From Bacteroidales bacterium (GTDB lineage: Bacteria; Bacteroidota; Bacteroidia; Bacteroidales; VadinHA17), in NCBI GenBank assembly GCA_011620595.1, contig WOYX01000057.1, positions 28,473 through 92,472 of the forward strand: 64,000 bases of DNA, given 5' to 3'. This document shows positions 8,959 to 19,225 of this stretch, in pieces; position 1 is the first letter of the stretch; every line of letters starts with the position of its first letter. The notes below the pieces were generated by a model that was not told the DNA's origin, searched no databases, and was given only the letters and a program-made list of their open reading frames with translations. The position numbers were made by a program, and so were the translations under genes.

Positions 8959-9330
8959 ATCGTTGACTTTAAAACTCCCATAGTCTTTCCGTATCATAAA
9001 CTGATTTTTGAGGTAGGTGCTGCAACCATTAACACATATTTTGACAACGTGTCTCTGACAGACATGGGGCCTTACACTCCTGCAGTGGGTATCCCCGGGT
9101 CTTTATTTAGCGGCTGGGATACTGATGTTGATATGCAGACAACTGTGGTAATATTGATAAACAGGAAGCCCTGAGCCCCGGCGCCTGATAAGTGCAATAC
9201 CCTGGGGATAGGGTCTGTCATGATCGGTGCCATCAGGGAAGAACCGATGAAGGTGGCCCTGGGCATGTCGGATTCTGAAACTCCGATCGGAGTAATGCCA
9301 TTAGGTTATCTGATCCCGAAAGAAGAGTAA
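8959..9330 (+). pseudogene. gene remnant with a nitroreductase-like C-terminus and an in-frame TGA
   Basis: No start codon at the opening of the frame. In-frame TGA at 9172..9174. The C-terminal LGIGSVMIGAIREEPMKVALGMSDSETPIGVMPLGY resembles nitroreductase-family C-termini. Weak call. Confidence 0.3.
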
Positions 9331-9399
9331 TGATATAACACTGACCGCCAGACCCCTGATGAGCCGGGAAATCTTCAGGTTGTGAATCGTTTGTCGCTT

Positions 9400-10020
9400 T
9401 TAGGTTATATCTCTCTGGGACAGTGTCACCAGTTTTGAGATGTAGCGGGGATCTTCGGCGTAGGAGATGCACTTCAGAAAGACGAGGTAGAAATCGCTGT
9501 CAATCTCACTTCCAATCCTGTAACCTCGCGACAGGTAATACTTCTGCCACAGGGCATAGTCGATGACGGAATCGGACCAGTGTGCATACTGCGCGTGCTC
9601 CTTGTAGACGCCCGTGGCAACCGTGGGCCTCTGAACAGGATATCTCATTCCAAAAAGGTTATTGCCGTTGCGAAAGATATCAGAGGTGTAATTTCCCGTT
9701 TCCAGCTTCGATTGCAACAGTACAACATCCTGGTAAATTATTCCTTCGTACTCAAGACATGACTTCAGCAGCTCCTCACTGAACGGCATATGTCTGAGCT
9801 GGTAATAGAAGAATGACCTGTCCGACTGTGACCTCATCGCCTCTGTAATCATCGCCCTCCCACCGGGAACCTCGGCGGACCCCAGAAGGAATATAATGCC
9901 AAGTATGATCGCCCGCGTGGCAGAACCGTTTGCCACCTTCCGGAACCTCAGAGCCCGGAAGGCTATCCAGTACCCTGATGCAATGCGTAAACCTGAAGAA
10001 ATATGCTTGAATGTCTTCAT
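9400..10020 (-). CDS. glucosaminidase-domain protein (FlgJ/mannosyl-glycoprotein endo-beta-N-acetylglucosaminidase-like)
   Basis: NNLFGMRYP..YAHWSDSVIDYALW pattern after an N-terminal TM segment. Start moved to ATG 10020 because the -7 box overlaps the track start at 10047. Confidence 0.6.
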   Translation of the reverse strand: MKTFKHISSGLRIASGYWIAFRALRFRKVANGSATRAIILGIIFLLGSAEVPGGRAMITEAMRSQSDRSFFYYQLRHMPFSEELLKSCLEYEGIIYQDVVLLQSKLETGNYTSDIFRNGNNLFGMRYPVQRPTVATGVYKEHAQYAHWSDSVIDYALWQKYYLSRGYRIGSEIDSDFYLVFLKCISYAEDPRYISKLVTLSQRDIT

Positions 10021-10044
10021 GGCTTTTCGGTTTGACTTTCGGGT

Positions 10045-10052
10045 CAAAGTTA
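10045..10052 (-). promoter_or_regulatory. -7 promoter box TAACTTTG for the glucosaminidase-domain gene
   Basis: Plus strand reads CAAAGTTA. It lies 24 nt from ATG 10020. Confidence 0.45.
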
Positions 10053-10387
10053 CTTCACAAGCCTCTTTAGCACAAGTACCTCAAGCCCATTTAGTGGTAC
10101 TTTGAGGCAATCCCTGGACACATTGATCAAAAAATCAGAGTGCTCCATTGACTGACTCAAACCGTTCAAGGAAGGAATAAGGATCTTCGTCAAAAAGAGG
10201 TCAATTTTTACGGTGAAAAGAGGGATTTAACGGCTATTCGGTGAAGGCATCAGCCTATATTCCTGGCTATCTGATCAATATACATCCGGGACAATTAAAG
10301 TTGCCGATTCGGGGATTTTGACCAATCGAAGTGTAGAAAAGATATACTTTGGGAATGGCAGGAGTTTTTTTGCTGAAATATCTGTCT

Positions 10388-10420
10388 TATACGTATATTT
10401 GTTGTATATTTATACGTACA
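10388..10420 (+). promoter_or_regulatory. promoter/operator region of the toxin-antitoxin pair
   Basis: -7 box TATATTTG at 10394..10401. A perfect 10-bp palindrome TATACGTATA (10388..10397) and a 9/10 copy TATACGTACA (10411..10420) flank or overlap it. Confidence 0.45.
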
Positions 10421-10430
10421 TAATGCAAAA

Positions 10431-10676
10431 ATGAACGTAAAACTGACAATAAAACTTGACAACGGAGTGATAAACCGGGCAAAAAGATATGCCAGGCATC
10501 GCAGGACGAGCCTTTCAAGGCTTATTGAATCTTACCTCGACTCAGTAACAACAGAAGAGCCCGATGATCTTGAAATCACCCCGCTGGTGAAGAGCCTGAG
10601 CGGTGTCATCAGAGTGCCTGAAGATTTTGATTACAAGAAAGAACGCTCTGATTACCTTAATCGAAAGTATTCATGA
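10431..10676 (+). CDS. putative type II antitoxin (small DNA-binding protein, DUF6364-like)
   Basis: 81 aa. Its stop overlaps the PIN gene start (ATGA). Position and size fit a VapB-type partner. The family name is from memory. Confidence 0.6.
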   Translation: MNVKLTIKLDNGVINRAKRYARHRRTSLSRLIESYLDSVTTEEPDDLEITPLVKSLSGVIRVPEDFDYKKERSDYLNRKYS

Positions 10677-11095
10677 AAAGAGTATTTCTTGATACCAACA
10701 TAGTAATTGATCTGTTGGCTCAGAGAATGCCATTTTACACCGAAGCAGCCAAACTGTTTTCCCTTGCAGACAAGAATGAAATTAAACTCTATATTTCGGC
10801 GCAATGCCTGGCTGACATAAATGATATCCTCTCAAGACATCTCCCGCCAGCCGAAGTCCGGGTAATATTGAGGAAGTTCAGGGTATTGGTAAATGTTCTG
10901 CCGTTCGATGATAAAATTGCCGATCTGGCCCTGAATTCAGATTTTCACGATTTTGAGGATGCCATTCAATATTACACTGCCACAGCAAACGAACAGGAAT
11001 TGATAATCACAAGGAATCAGCCTGATTTTAAAGAGAGTAAACTTCCGGTCATGACCGCCGGTGAATTCATGGCATCTTTAAAAACCCCCGGATAA
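10673..11095 (+). CDS. vapC: PIN-domain ribonuclease toxin (VapC-like)
   Basis: N-terminal VFLDTNIVIDLL carrying the first PIN acidic residue. 140 aa. Translationally coupled to the upstream small ORF. Confidence 0.75.
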   Translation: MKRVFLDTNIVIDLLAQRMPFYTEAAKLFSLADKNEIKLYISAQCLADINDILSRHLPPAEVRVILRKFRVLVNVLPFDDKIADLALNSDFHDFEDAIQYYTATANEQELIITRNQPDFKESKLPVMTAGEFMASLKTPG

Positions 11096-11191
11096 AATCG
11101 GTTGAGCATTTGGAATGCACTGAGGGAGGTAACGATTTCCGCCTCAGGAAGATCATTCCTCCGGGAATATTCCGGGAATAGCCCTGCCAGC

Positions 11192-12538
11192 CTATTCTTT
11201 CCTGAACCTGACCCTGGTCACCTCGCTGATCCAGCCGCCGACGCTGAATACGATGCCCTCGTCAAGGATCCTGCGGTAGAAACACTCCTCTCTTGTCGGG
11301 AAGAGCTGTGAGTAGGCTTTTATCTTAGCCTCCGCCTCCTTCCTGAGCGAGGGATCAACCTTCATGGCAGCCTCCAGGTAGTCGACCGCCACCCAGTAGG
11401 CAGTGTGATTGTCAAATGTGTTTCCAAGCTCAGCGCCCGCATAGCATTCGGCGAGAAGCATCAGCGCGCCGGCATTCTTTTTGTTGAGCTGAAAAGCATG
11501 CTCAGCCCGTTCACGGGCCGCCTGCCTGTTGCCACGGGCCAGCTCCATCTCCGCCACCCTCAGGATCACCTCTGACCTGACAACACTTGTGGTGTCGCAG
11601 TTATATGCCTCGGTGAAATAGGCTACGGCTCTCTCAAGGTTGTTTCTGGCGGCATTCAGCTCGGCCAGTCTGACGGCATTGGCGGCAGACCTGTCATTTG
11701 CAAAAAGCTTGAGGGCTATGCTGTAATAGAAATCCCCGTCGCTGCAACCGGTATCATAAAGCAGAACAAAAACTTTATTAATCAGCACTCTGTCCCTGGG
11801 GTTGCCATTAACCTTCTGAGCATACAGCCTCTCAACGTCACTGCATCTCATCGCTCCGCATGTCCTGAAAAATTTCTCAAGGTTATCCAGATCCCCGGCA
11901 TAACCGCTGTTGCATAGATTACTTCCAATCCGGTTGTCCAGCGTAACGATAGATTTCACGAAAGCATCTGACAGCTCCTCATCACCGATCATATCCATAG
12001 CCCAGAGGCTGGCGGCCACCGTCGCCAGAAGCACAAAATGACTGCATCCCATCTCATCAGGAAACATTTCGGCAGCCTCGGCAATGATATTGTAGCATAT
12101 TCCGAGATAAAGAGGATCGTCTCCTGCCAGGTCGAGGAGCAATTCGGCCTTGTGAAGTTCGTTTGACGCTCTGCCTTCGAAATAGTAGGATCGCTGGGTG
12201 AGGAGCATAAGTACCGAGTCGATGTATGCCAGCTCTTCTGTCCGGTCAAAGAGCTCCAGGTAAAGTGTTTCCCCCTCTGCATATAGCTCCTCGGACAGCG
12301 CAGGGCATTCAGCCAGCACCTGGCGCCAATGGTACAGTGCTCCGTCAGGGTCACCGCCGGCGCTGCACGTTCTGTAAAGCGATGTTTCATAAAGGCAAGC
12401 GGTGGTGTCCTGAAGGCTGCCGGAAACAGAGTTCGTTAAATTACCATCACGGGCTAAGAGTCCACCTGAAATACTCCCCAGCAGCACCGCTGCAATAATC
12501 TTCAGTGCCCAGCGACCTATGTTTATTTTCCAGCTCAT
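11192..12538 (-). CDS. TPR-repeat protein, function unknown
   Basis: 448 aa. N-terminal signal/anchor, then TPR-like repeats toward the C-terminus (AVAYFTEAY, ALMLLAECY, AYWVAVDYLEAAMK). Confidence 0.6.
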   Translation of the reverse strand: MSWKINIGRWALKIIAAVLLGSISGGLLARDGNLTNSVSGSLQDTTACLYETSLYRTCSAGGDPDGALYHWRQVLAECPALSEELYAEGETLYLELFDRTEELAYIDSVLMLLTQRSYYFEGRASNELHKAELLLDLAGDDPLYLGICYNIIAEAAEMFPDEMGCSHFVLLATVAASLWAMDMIGDEELSDAFVKSIVTLDNRIGSNLCNSGYAGDLDNLEKFFRTCGAMRCSDVERLYAQKVNGNPRDRVLINKVFVLLYDTGCSDGDFYYSIALKLFANDRSAANAVRLAELNAARNNLERAVAYFTEAYNCDTTSVVRSEVILRVAEMELARGNRQAARERAEHAFQLNKKNAGALMLLAECYAGAELGNTFDNHTAYWVAVDYLEAAMKVDPSLRKEAEAKIKAYSQLFPTREECFYRRILDEGIVFSVGGWISEVTRVRFRKE

Positions 12539-12640
12539 GGCAAATAGAGATTGTAGCTTATCAAATAACCATCTATATAACTGACCGGGAGAAAAAATCG
12601 TATAAAAGTCAGGTGCTGATTTAGCCCCTGAATGTCATAA

Positions 12641-13918
<1,278 letters not shown>

Positions 13919-13940
13919 ACAGGCCACTGCCCACACATAA

Positions 13941-14750
13941 ATGAAAAAGGTTGTACTTATCACCGGCATCTCCTCCGGCTTCGGAAAGCACACCGCCGAT
14001 TTGCTGGCCGCTGAAGGACACACGGTATACGGAACCGTCAGAAGAGATATTGATCTCAGCAACGGAGTGCATGTCCTGCGGATGGACCTTACCGATGCCG
14101 ATTCGGTTCGTGATGCCGTTGAGGCTGTCATCAACCGTGAGAAGCGCATCGATGTACTGATCAATAATGCCGGAATGCACACCGGCGGGCCGGCAGAGAC
14201 CCTCCCCGACGATTATCTCAGGCTGCAGATGGAAACAAATTTCCTCGGTACCGTGCGCATTACCCGTGAAGTCCTACCGGTTATGAGAAATCAGGGTGGC
14301 GGCACCATCATAAACTTCAGCTCAATAGGCGGATTGATGGGACTACCCTTTCAGTCGTACTACTCTGCCGCCAAGTTCGCCATGGAGGGTTTCAGCGAGG
14401 CGCTCCGGCTGGAGGTCCGGCAGTTCAATATCAGGGTGGTGCTGATCAACCCCGGCGACTTCAGGACAAATAACACCATCAACAGGAGAAATTTCCTTGC
14501 TCCCACCAATGATGCTGATCCCTACCATGAGCAGTACAGCATTACTCAAGGCATTATCGAAAGGGATGAGACCGGGGGAATGGATCCGGGAAAACTGGCA
14601 AAGAGAATAGTCAGGATAGTTCACAGCCGTAAGCCCCGGTTGCGGTATGTGATTGCATCCCCGAACCAGAAACTCTCCGTACTGCTGAAAAGAATCCTTC
14701 CGGAACGCTGGTTCATGAAGATCATAGGCAGCTATTACCGGGTCAGATAA
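13941..14750 (+). CDS. classical short-chain dehydrogenase/reductase (SDR)
   Basis: TGISSGFG cofactor motif, NNAG, and catalytic YSAAK. Lies 22 nt after the SPT stop. Confidence 0.8.
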   Translation: MKKVVLITGISSGFGKHTADLLAAEGHTVYGTVRRDIDLSNGVHVLRMDLTDADSVRDAVEAVINREKRIDVLINNAGMHTGGPAETLPDDYLRLQMETNFLGTVRITREVLPVMRNQGGGTIINFSSIGGLMGLPFQSYYSAAKFAMEGFSEALRLEVRQFNIRVVLINPGDFRTNNTINRRNFLAPTNDADPYHEQYSITQGIIERDETGGMDPGKLAKRIVRIVHSRKPRLRYVIASPNQKLSVLLKRILPERWFMKIIGSYYRVR

Positions 14751-15006
14751 CCGTTCAGGTCTTGGCCGACAACCTCTTTTATGCTTCTTAAATAACTGAC
14801 CGCCCGCCCGGTGACCTTCCGACCCGAGTTCAGCCTGCTTCAGAACCTGTTCATCCCGGCAGCCAATGTCATTGCTTCAGTGTCTGCACAGTCGCGCTGC
14901 GACATGTGACTTGCACTTTGCAACCCGCCCTATCGCACATCTTCTTTGCCGGAATGTCAGGTATTCTTATTAACTTCGGAGTCCAATTCTTTCGCTTTCT
15001 CTCATA

Positions 15007-15723
15007 ATGAAGATCACTCACAGGAATACTGCCGTCACGGTGCTGCTTATGCTTGCCGCAGCCCTGTCTGCACAGCAGCCGGCTAACATCAACGACCCGT
15101 GGGAGGATGAGAAGTTCTTCAATATGGGGTACAGCCTCGGACTCAATGCAATGACCTTCAGGATAGACCCCTCTGAACAGTTCATCGCATATGATTCACT
15201 CTATCCTTCGAAGGGAAACCCCTATCCAGGTATCAGCATCCACCTGATAGCCAATTTCAGGCTGAATCAGTTCTTTGACATCAGACTGCTGCCGGGCATT
15301 TCGTTCGGACAGAGAGTGATAGATTTTGGCTCTGACCGCGTAACCGATACGGTTTACGGACCGCAGAAGATAGAGTCAAGCTTCATCGAACTCCCCATCC
15401 AGTTAAAATACGGCTGGCGGATGCGTAACATCAAACCGTACGTCATTGGCGGTGTCAACTATCGCTACGACTTCTATGCACAAGAGAAATACCGCCTGGA
15501 AAGACCCGTATACCTCCGGCTTAACCGCCCCGACCTCTACTGGGAAGTAGGTACGGGGATGGATTTCAACCTTACTCATATCAAGCTTTCCATAGAACTC
15601 AAGATGTCAAACGGCATTGCCGACGTCCTGGCTCATGACCCCCATCCCGATTACCCGGAATACTGCAACTCCATAGACAAACTGAAGTCGCGAATCTGGG
15701 TGCTATCCTTCCATTTCCAGTAA
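15007..15723 (+). CDS. small outer-membrane beta-barrel (porin-family/PorT-like) protein
   Basis: Signal peptide, alternating beta-strand pattern, C-terminal ..WVLSFHFQ. Confidence 0.6.
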   Translation: MKITHRNTAVTVLLMLAAALSAQQPANINDPWEDEKFFNMGYSLGLNAMTFRIDPSEQFIAYDSLYPSKGNPYPGISIHLIANFRLNQFFDIRLLPGISFGQRVIDFGSDRVTDTVYGPQKIESSFIELPIQLKYGWRMRNIKPYVIGGVNYRYDFYAQEKYRLERPVYLRLNRPDLYWEVGTGMDFNLTHIKLSIELKMSNGIADVLAHDPHPDYPEYCNSIDKLKSRIWVLSFHFQ

Positions 15724-15933
15724 ATACGATGCGTCAGCTTCTGACGGACTGCGCTGCCCGGCAATGTAATCTATGAACAGTGTGCATTTGTCCACTCCTC
15801 TCCAATGTTGGTCAAAATTATTGCCTTTTATGTTCGCAAACGTGCGGATTATAAGGTTATTTCGCGAAATTTGCTGACATGTATAGCGAGGATTGAACGT
15901 TATTCCCTCTCCTGGTGTAACTGACAAATATCG

Positions 15934-16575
15934 ATGAAGTACAATTACAAAAACCTCTTTGCGTCACAGCATGAGAAATTCATGGCGATATTGGGTCAGG
16001 ACTATTTTTCTTCCCTCCTCATTGATGATGATCTTTCAGATTCTGCCGTTATTATCTCCGACAGGAGGGTATACCAGGTGGGTAAACTATATGAGGCAGG
16101 CCTCAGGATCCACGGAGGAGGACTGAGGACAAACAGGGGAAAGAAGATCGTCAGCCTTGAGGATGTGACGGGAACAACCTGCAAGGAGATAACCAAACCG
16201 CTGCCGGGATCCCTGCTTGTTTTTGTCGGTCTCATTGCAGCAATACTGGGACTTCTGTCGGATGTTACCGAATCAATGATAATAATGCTGATCATCGCAG
16301 CCCTGCTGATAGCAGCGGGCGTCTTCCTCATTATTAAACTCAGGAAGCGGTACCTGATAATCGAGTATGCAGGTGGCAGCATTGCCCAGCCGGTGAAATT
16401 CATCACCGATACTGAACTCAACCTCTTCCAGGGAATAATCTCCGTAGAGAAAGAGAGGCTGATGTCAGGTGCCGGCGACCTGAAAGAGTGCCCCAACTGC
16501 GGTGAAAAGATACAGATATCGGCAAAGATATGCCGTTACTGCGGCGAAACGCAGAAGGAAATAGCTGCGGAATAA
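15934..16575 (+). CDS. membrane protein with a C-terminal zinc ribbon
   Basis: Two central hydrophobic helices. C-terminal CPNCG..x..CRYCG zinc-ribbon motif. Confidence 0.55.
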   Translation: MKYNYKNLFASQHEKFMAILGQDYFSSLLIDDDLSDSAVIISDRRVYQVGKLYEAGLRIHGGGLRTNRGKKIVSLEDVTGTTCKEITKPLPGSLLVFVGLIAAILGLLSDVTESMIIMLIIAALLIAAGVFLIIKLRKRYLIIEYAGGSIAQPVKFITDTELNLFQGIISVEKERLMSGAGDLKECPNCGEKIQISAKICRYCGETQKEIAAE

Positions 16576-16892
16576 CCTTCAGGTAACAGCCAATGCAATC
16601 ATGCTTCGCCTGAGCAACGGATAGCGATACTGCAGCCCGCGCAGAACAGAGGCAGGTCCGTTACTTTGATATTACCCCCGGGCTTTCGGAGACAAGACAA
16701 GCACATTGGTCATATACAAATATATTCTCCCCATCCTGCCAGCCCAGACACCTCCTGATGCTTGTCAACTGTTTGATGTATTTCGTCAAAAAGGATTTTA
16801 TGACCCATGAAGGCATTTTATGGCACAAAGCCTCATAAAATAGCACTGTCAGAGTTAAAAAAGAATCCTGTACATATTCAGGCATATCAAAT

Positions 16893-16900
16893 TATCTTTG
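16893..16900 (+). promoter_or_regulatory. -7 promoter box TATCTTTG upstream of the GEVED/T9SS gene
   Basis: TAnnTTTG match 76 nt upstream of ATG 16977. Confidence 0.35.
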
Positions 16901-16976
16901 CAAAAGAGAGCTATTGGTTCTAAATTGTAGAATTTCGGCCTGACCTTTGTGGGTAGGGTATGTTAATGAAGATGCA

Positions 16977-19139
16977 ATGGCTAAAATATCGGTAAGAAAA
17001 ATATCATTTGCGTCACTTGTTTTCATCTTTTCACTTACTCCCGTGGACGGCAGTTTCACTACGGAGCCCGATATTCTGCCGTATTCCGCGGGTATGGTTC
17101 CTCTAATTGTTCCTCAGCAGGATTACCCCAACGATTTCGGTGATGCCCCTGCCAGTTATGGCTCGGCAGACCATGCAATAAGCAACTCGGTTTATATGGG
17201 TTCCGCACCTGACGGTGAAGCTGCAAGCCAGTTCTCCGATGAGGCCAACGGCGATGACCTGAACGGGCGGGATGACGAAGACGGAGTGACATTCCCGGAG
17301 ATGAAGCCGGGAACCTCTGCTACCATTACTGTCAGAACGTTTGAATCTTTATTCTTTTCAGGCTATCTAAGCGCATGGATTGACTGGAACGGAGACGGGG
17401 ATTTCAATGATAAGAATGAAAGGATAGCTGACAATAGGAAGGTCTCTTATGGGTCATCCACATTGCCTATACCGGTTACCGTACCATCTGATGCCATTGT
17501 CACAAGGCCCACCTATGCCCGTTTCCGGATAGGGTCCCGGGTGAGCAGTCCCGTCGGTACTGTCGCTTCAGGTGAGGTGGAGGATTACATGATAAAGATC
17601 GCCTGTGTCCCTCCTGATCCCCCAAAAATTGGCGGGATAACCTTTCCGAGCTGTGAAGAGCCTTATGGAAGCGTGGTTCTGGAGGGATTGCCCTCCAACG
17701 GTACCTGGACGCTGACAAGGCTTCCCGACGGTGAAACTTTCACAGGCAGTGGGTCGGCATACACATACACGGGCCTGGCACCCGGCACTTACACCTTCAC
17801 CGTCAGCATCGAAGGGGGATGTATCTCCAACCCCTCAGAGCTTGTTGTCATTGAACCGGGGCAGGCGGTGCCGTCAGCACCAGTGCCGGGCACTATTACA
17901 CAGCCTGACTGCAATGTATCTACAGGTATGGTGGTACTGACCAGTCTGCCACCGTCGGGGCCATGGACGCTGACACGATATCCTGAAGGGATCATCTACA
18001 CCGGGACCGAGGTGATCATCACCGTCACCGGCCTTGAAGCGGGCACCTATACCTTCACCGTCACCAACTCTGACGGTTGTACCTCACTGCCTTCAGCAGA
18101 GGTTGTCATTGATCCTCAACCACTCACACCCACTCCTCCGGTACCCGGAACGATAACCCAACCCACATGTGAGGTGCCTACCGGCAGCGTCATTCTCACC
18201 GGACTGCCGGCAGAGGGTGAATGGATACTGACAAGGTTTCCCGGGACATATACCAGCACCGGTACCGGCACCTCTTTCACCGTCGATGGGCTCAATCCCG
18301 GTTCATACAACTTCACCGTCACCAACAGTGCCGGTTGCACCTCTGCTGTCTCGGCAGCGGTGGTCATCAACCCTCAGCCGGGACCCTTCCCGACGCTGGT
18401 GATCACCAATCCGCCTCCGGTATGCTCCCCGGGCACCGCTGACCTGACATTGCCCTCCGTGACTGCAGGTTCAACCCCCAACCTCATCTATACCTACTGG
18501 ACCGACGCACAGGCTACGGTACCACTGGCGACACCCTCTGCAGCCCCGGAAGGGACATACTACATCAGGGGGACAATCAGCGGCGGATGCTCATCGGTCA
18601 GTCCTGTTGTCGTAACCGCACTCCATCCTCCGACAGCCAATGCCGGTCCAGACCAGGTTCTCACCTACATGTTTCATACCACCCTGAATGCAGTTCCTCC
18701 CGGGGCAGGTGAAACCGGCACATGGACAACGGAGGAGGGCTCAGGCCTCTTTGATAATCCCAATGACCCGGCCACAAGGGTCAGCGACCTCTCCATAGGT
18801 GAAAACATATTGAAATGGTCTGTCTCCAACAGTGTCTGCCCTCCTGAGTTCGACTACCTGATGATCTCCGTCCACAACCTGACTATCCCCACTCTGATAA
18901 CGCCGGATATGAACGGCAAGAATGACTTCTTCTTCCTTGAAGGCATTGAGGCTCTGGGAAGGACAGAGCTCACGGTGTTCGACAGGCGGGGAATGATGGT
19001 GTTTGAGACCGCCGATTATGACAATAACTGGTACGGTATAGATTATAACGGCAAGGCTCTTCCTGACGATACATATTTCTACGTGCTCAGGTCGGAAAAC
19101 GGCCTCTCACTGAGCGGTTACATTGTGATCCGCAGATAA
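16977..19139 (+). CDS. T9SS-secreted surface protein: GEVED domain, three tandem Ig-like repeats, type-B (CHU_C) sorting domain
   Basis: DFGDAPASYG..GEVEDYMIKI (GEVED). Three ~86-aa repeats. C-terminal IPTLITPDMNGKNDFFF..YFYVL..GYIVIRR, typical of the gliding-motility C-terminal domain. Start taken at ATG 16977. Confidence 0.8.
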   Translation: MAKISVRKISFASLVFIFSLTPVDGSFTTEPDILPYSAGMVPLIVPQQDYPNDFGDAPASYGSADHAISNSVYMGSAPDGEAASQFSDEANGDDLNGRDDEDGVTFPEMKPGTSATITVRTFESLFFSGYLSAWIDWNGDGDFNDKNERIADNRKVSYGSSTLPIPVTVPSDAIVTRPTYARFRIGSRVSSPVGTVASGEVEDYMIKIACVPPDPPKIGGITFPSCEEPYGSVVLEGLPSNGTWTLTRLPDGETFTGSGSAYTYTGLAPGTYTFTVSIEGGCISNPSELVVIEPGQAVPSAPVPGTITQPDCNVSTGMVVLTSLPPSGPWTLTRYPEGIIYTGTEVIITVTGLEAGTYTFTVTNSDGCTSLPSAEVVIDPQPLTPTPPVPGTITQPTCEVPTGSVILTGLPAEGEWILTRFPGTYTSTGTGTSFTVDGLNPGSYNFTVTNSAGCTSAVSAAVVINPQPGPFPTLVITNPPPVCSPGTADLTLPSVTAGSTPNLIYTYWTDAQATVPLATPSAAPEGTYYIRGTISGGCSSVSPVVVTALHPPTANAGPDQVLTYMFHTTLNAVPPGAGETGTWTTEEGSGLFDNPNDPATRVSDLSIGENILKWSVSNSVCPPEFDYLMISVHNLTIPTLITPDMNGKNDFFFLEGIEALGRTELTVFDRRGMMVFETADYDNNWYGIDYNGKALPDDTYFYVLRSENGLSLSGYIVIRR
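17607..18380 (+). repeat. three tandem ~258-nt coding repeats inside the T9SS protein gene
   Basis: Protein repeats PG.ITQP.C..P.GSV.L.GLP..G.W.LTR.P......G....T..GL..G.Y.FTVTN..GC.S..S...VI.P. The copies are diverged at the DNA level. Confidence 0.8.
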
Positions 19140-19171
19140 GCAGGATTGGCAGTTAACTGCAGGACAGCATA

Positions 19172-19197
19172 AAGGGCGCCCTCACCGGGACGCCCTT
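19172..19197. terminator. hairpin between convergent genes
   Basis: AAGGGCG..CGCCCTT 7-bp stem between the T9SS gene stop (19139) and the SusD stop (19226). Confidence 0.35.
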
Positions 19198-19225
19198 CAC
19201 TTTCTCAGTTAACCTAAATCTAAAC

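Noticed and set aside
9172-9174. In-frame TGA in the nitroreductase-like remnant as a possible selenocysteine codon
   Set aside because: The frame has no start codon and lacks the N-terminal half of the family. It sits among other decayed genes, and I saw no obvious SECIS-like hairpin immediately downstream. A nonsense mutation in a pseudogene is the simpler reading.
15703-15927. 74-aa minus-strand ORF between the beta-barrel gene and the zinc-ribbon gene
   Set aside because: It overlaps the end of the upstream gene and its short hairpin (CGTCAG..CTGACG). No supporting features.
16661-16885. 74-aa minus-strand ORF in the 400-bp gap upstream of the T9SS protein gene
   Set aside because: No promoter box, no recognisable motif, and it occupies a probable regulatory region. 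Kept as non-coding.
17607-18380. Considered whether the repeated DNA in the T9SS protein gene could be a diversity-generating retroelement template/variable repeat pair
   Set aside because: There is no reverse transcriptase in the window. The copies are in-frame tandem domain repeats diverged at all base types, not adenine-specific differences between a coding and a non-coding copy.
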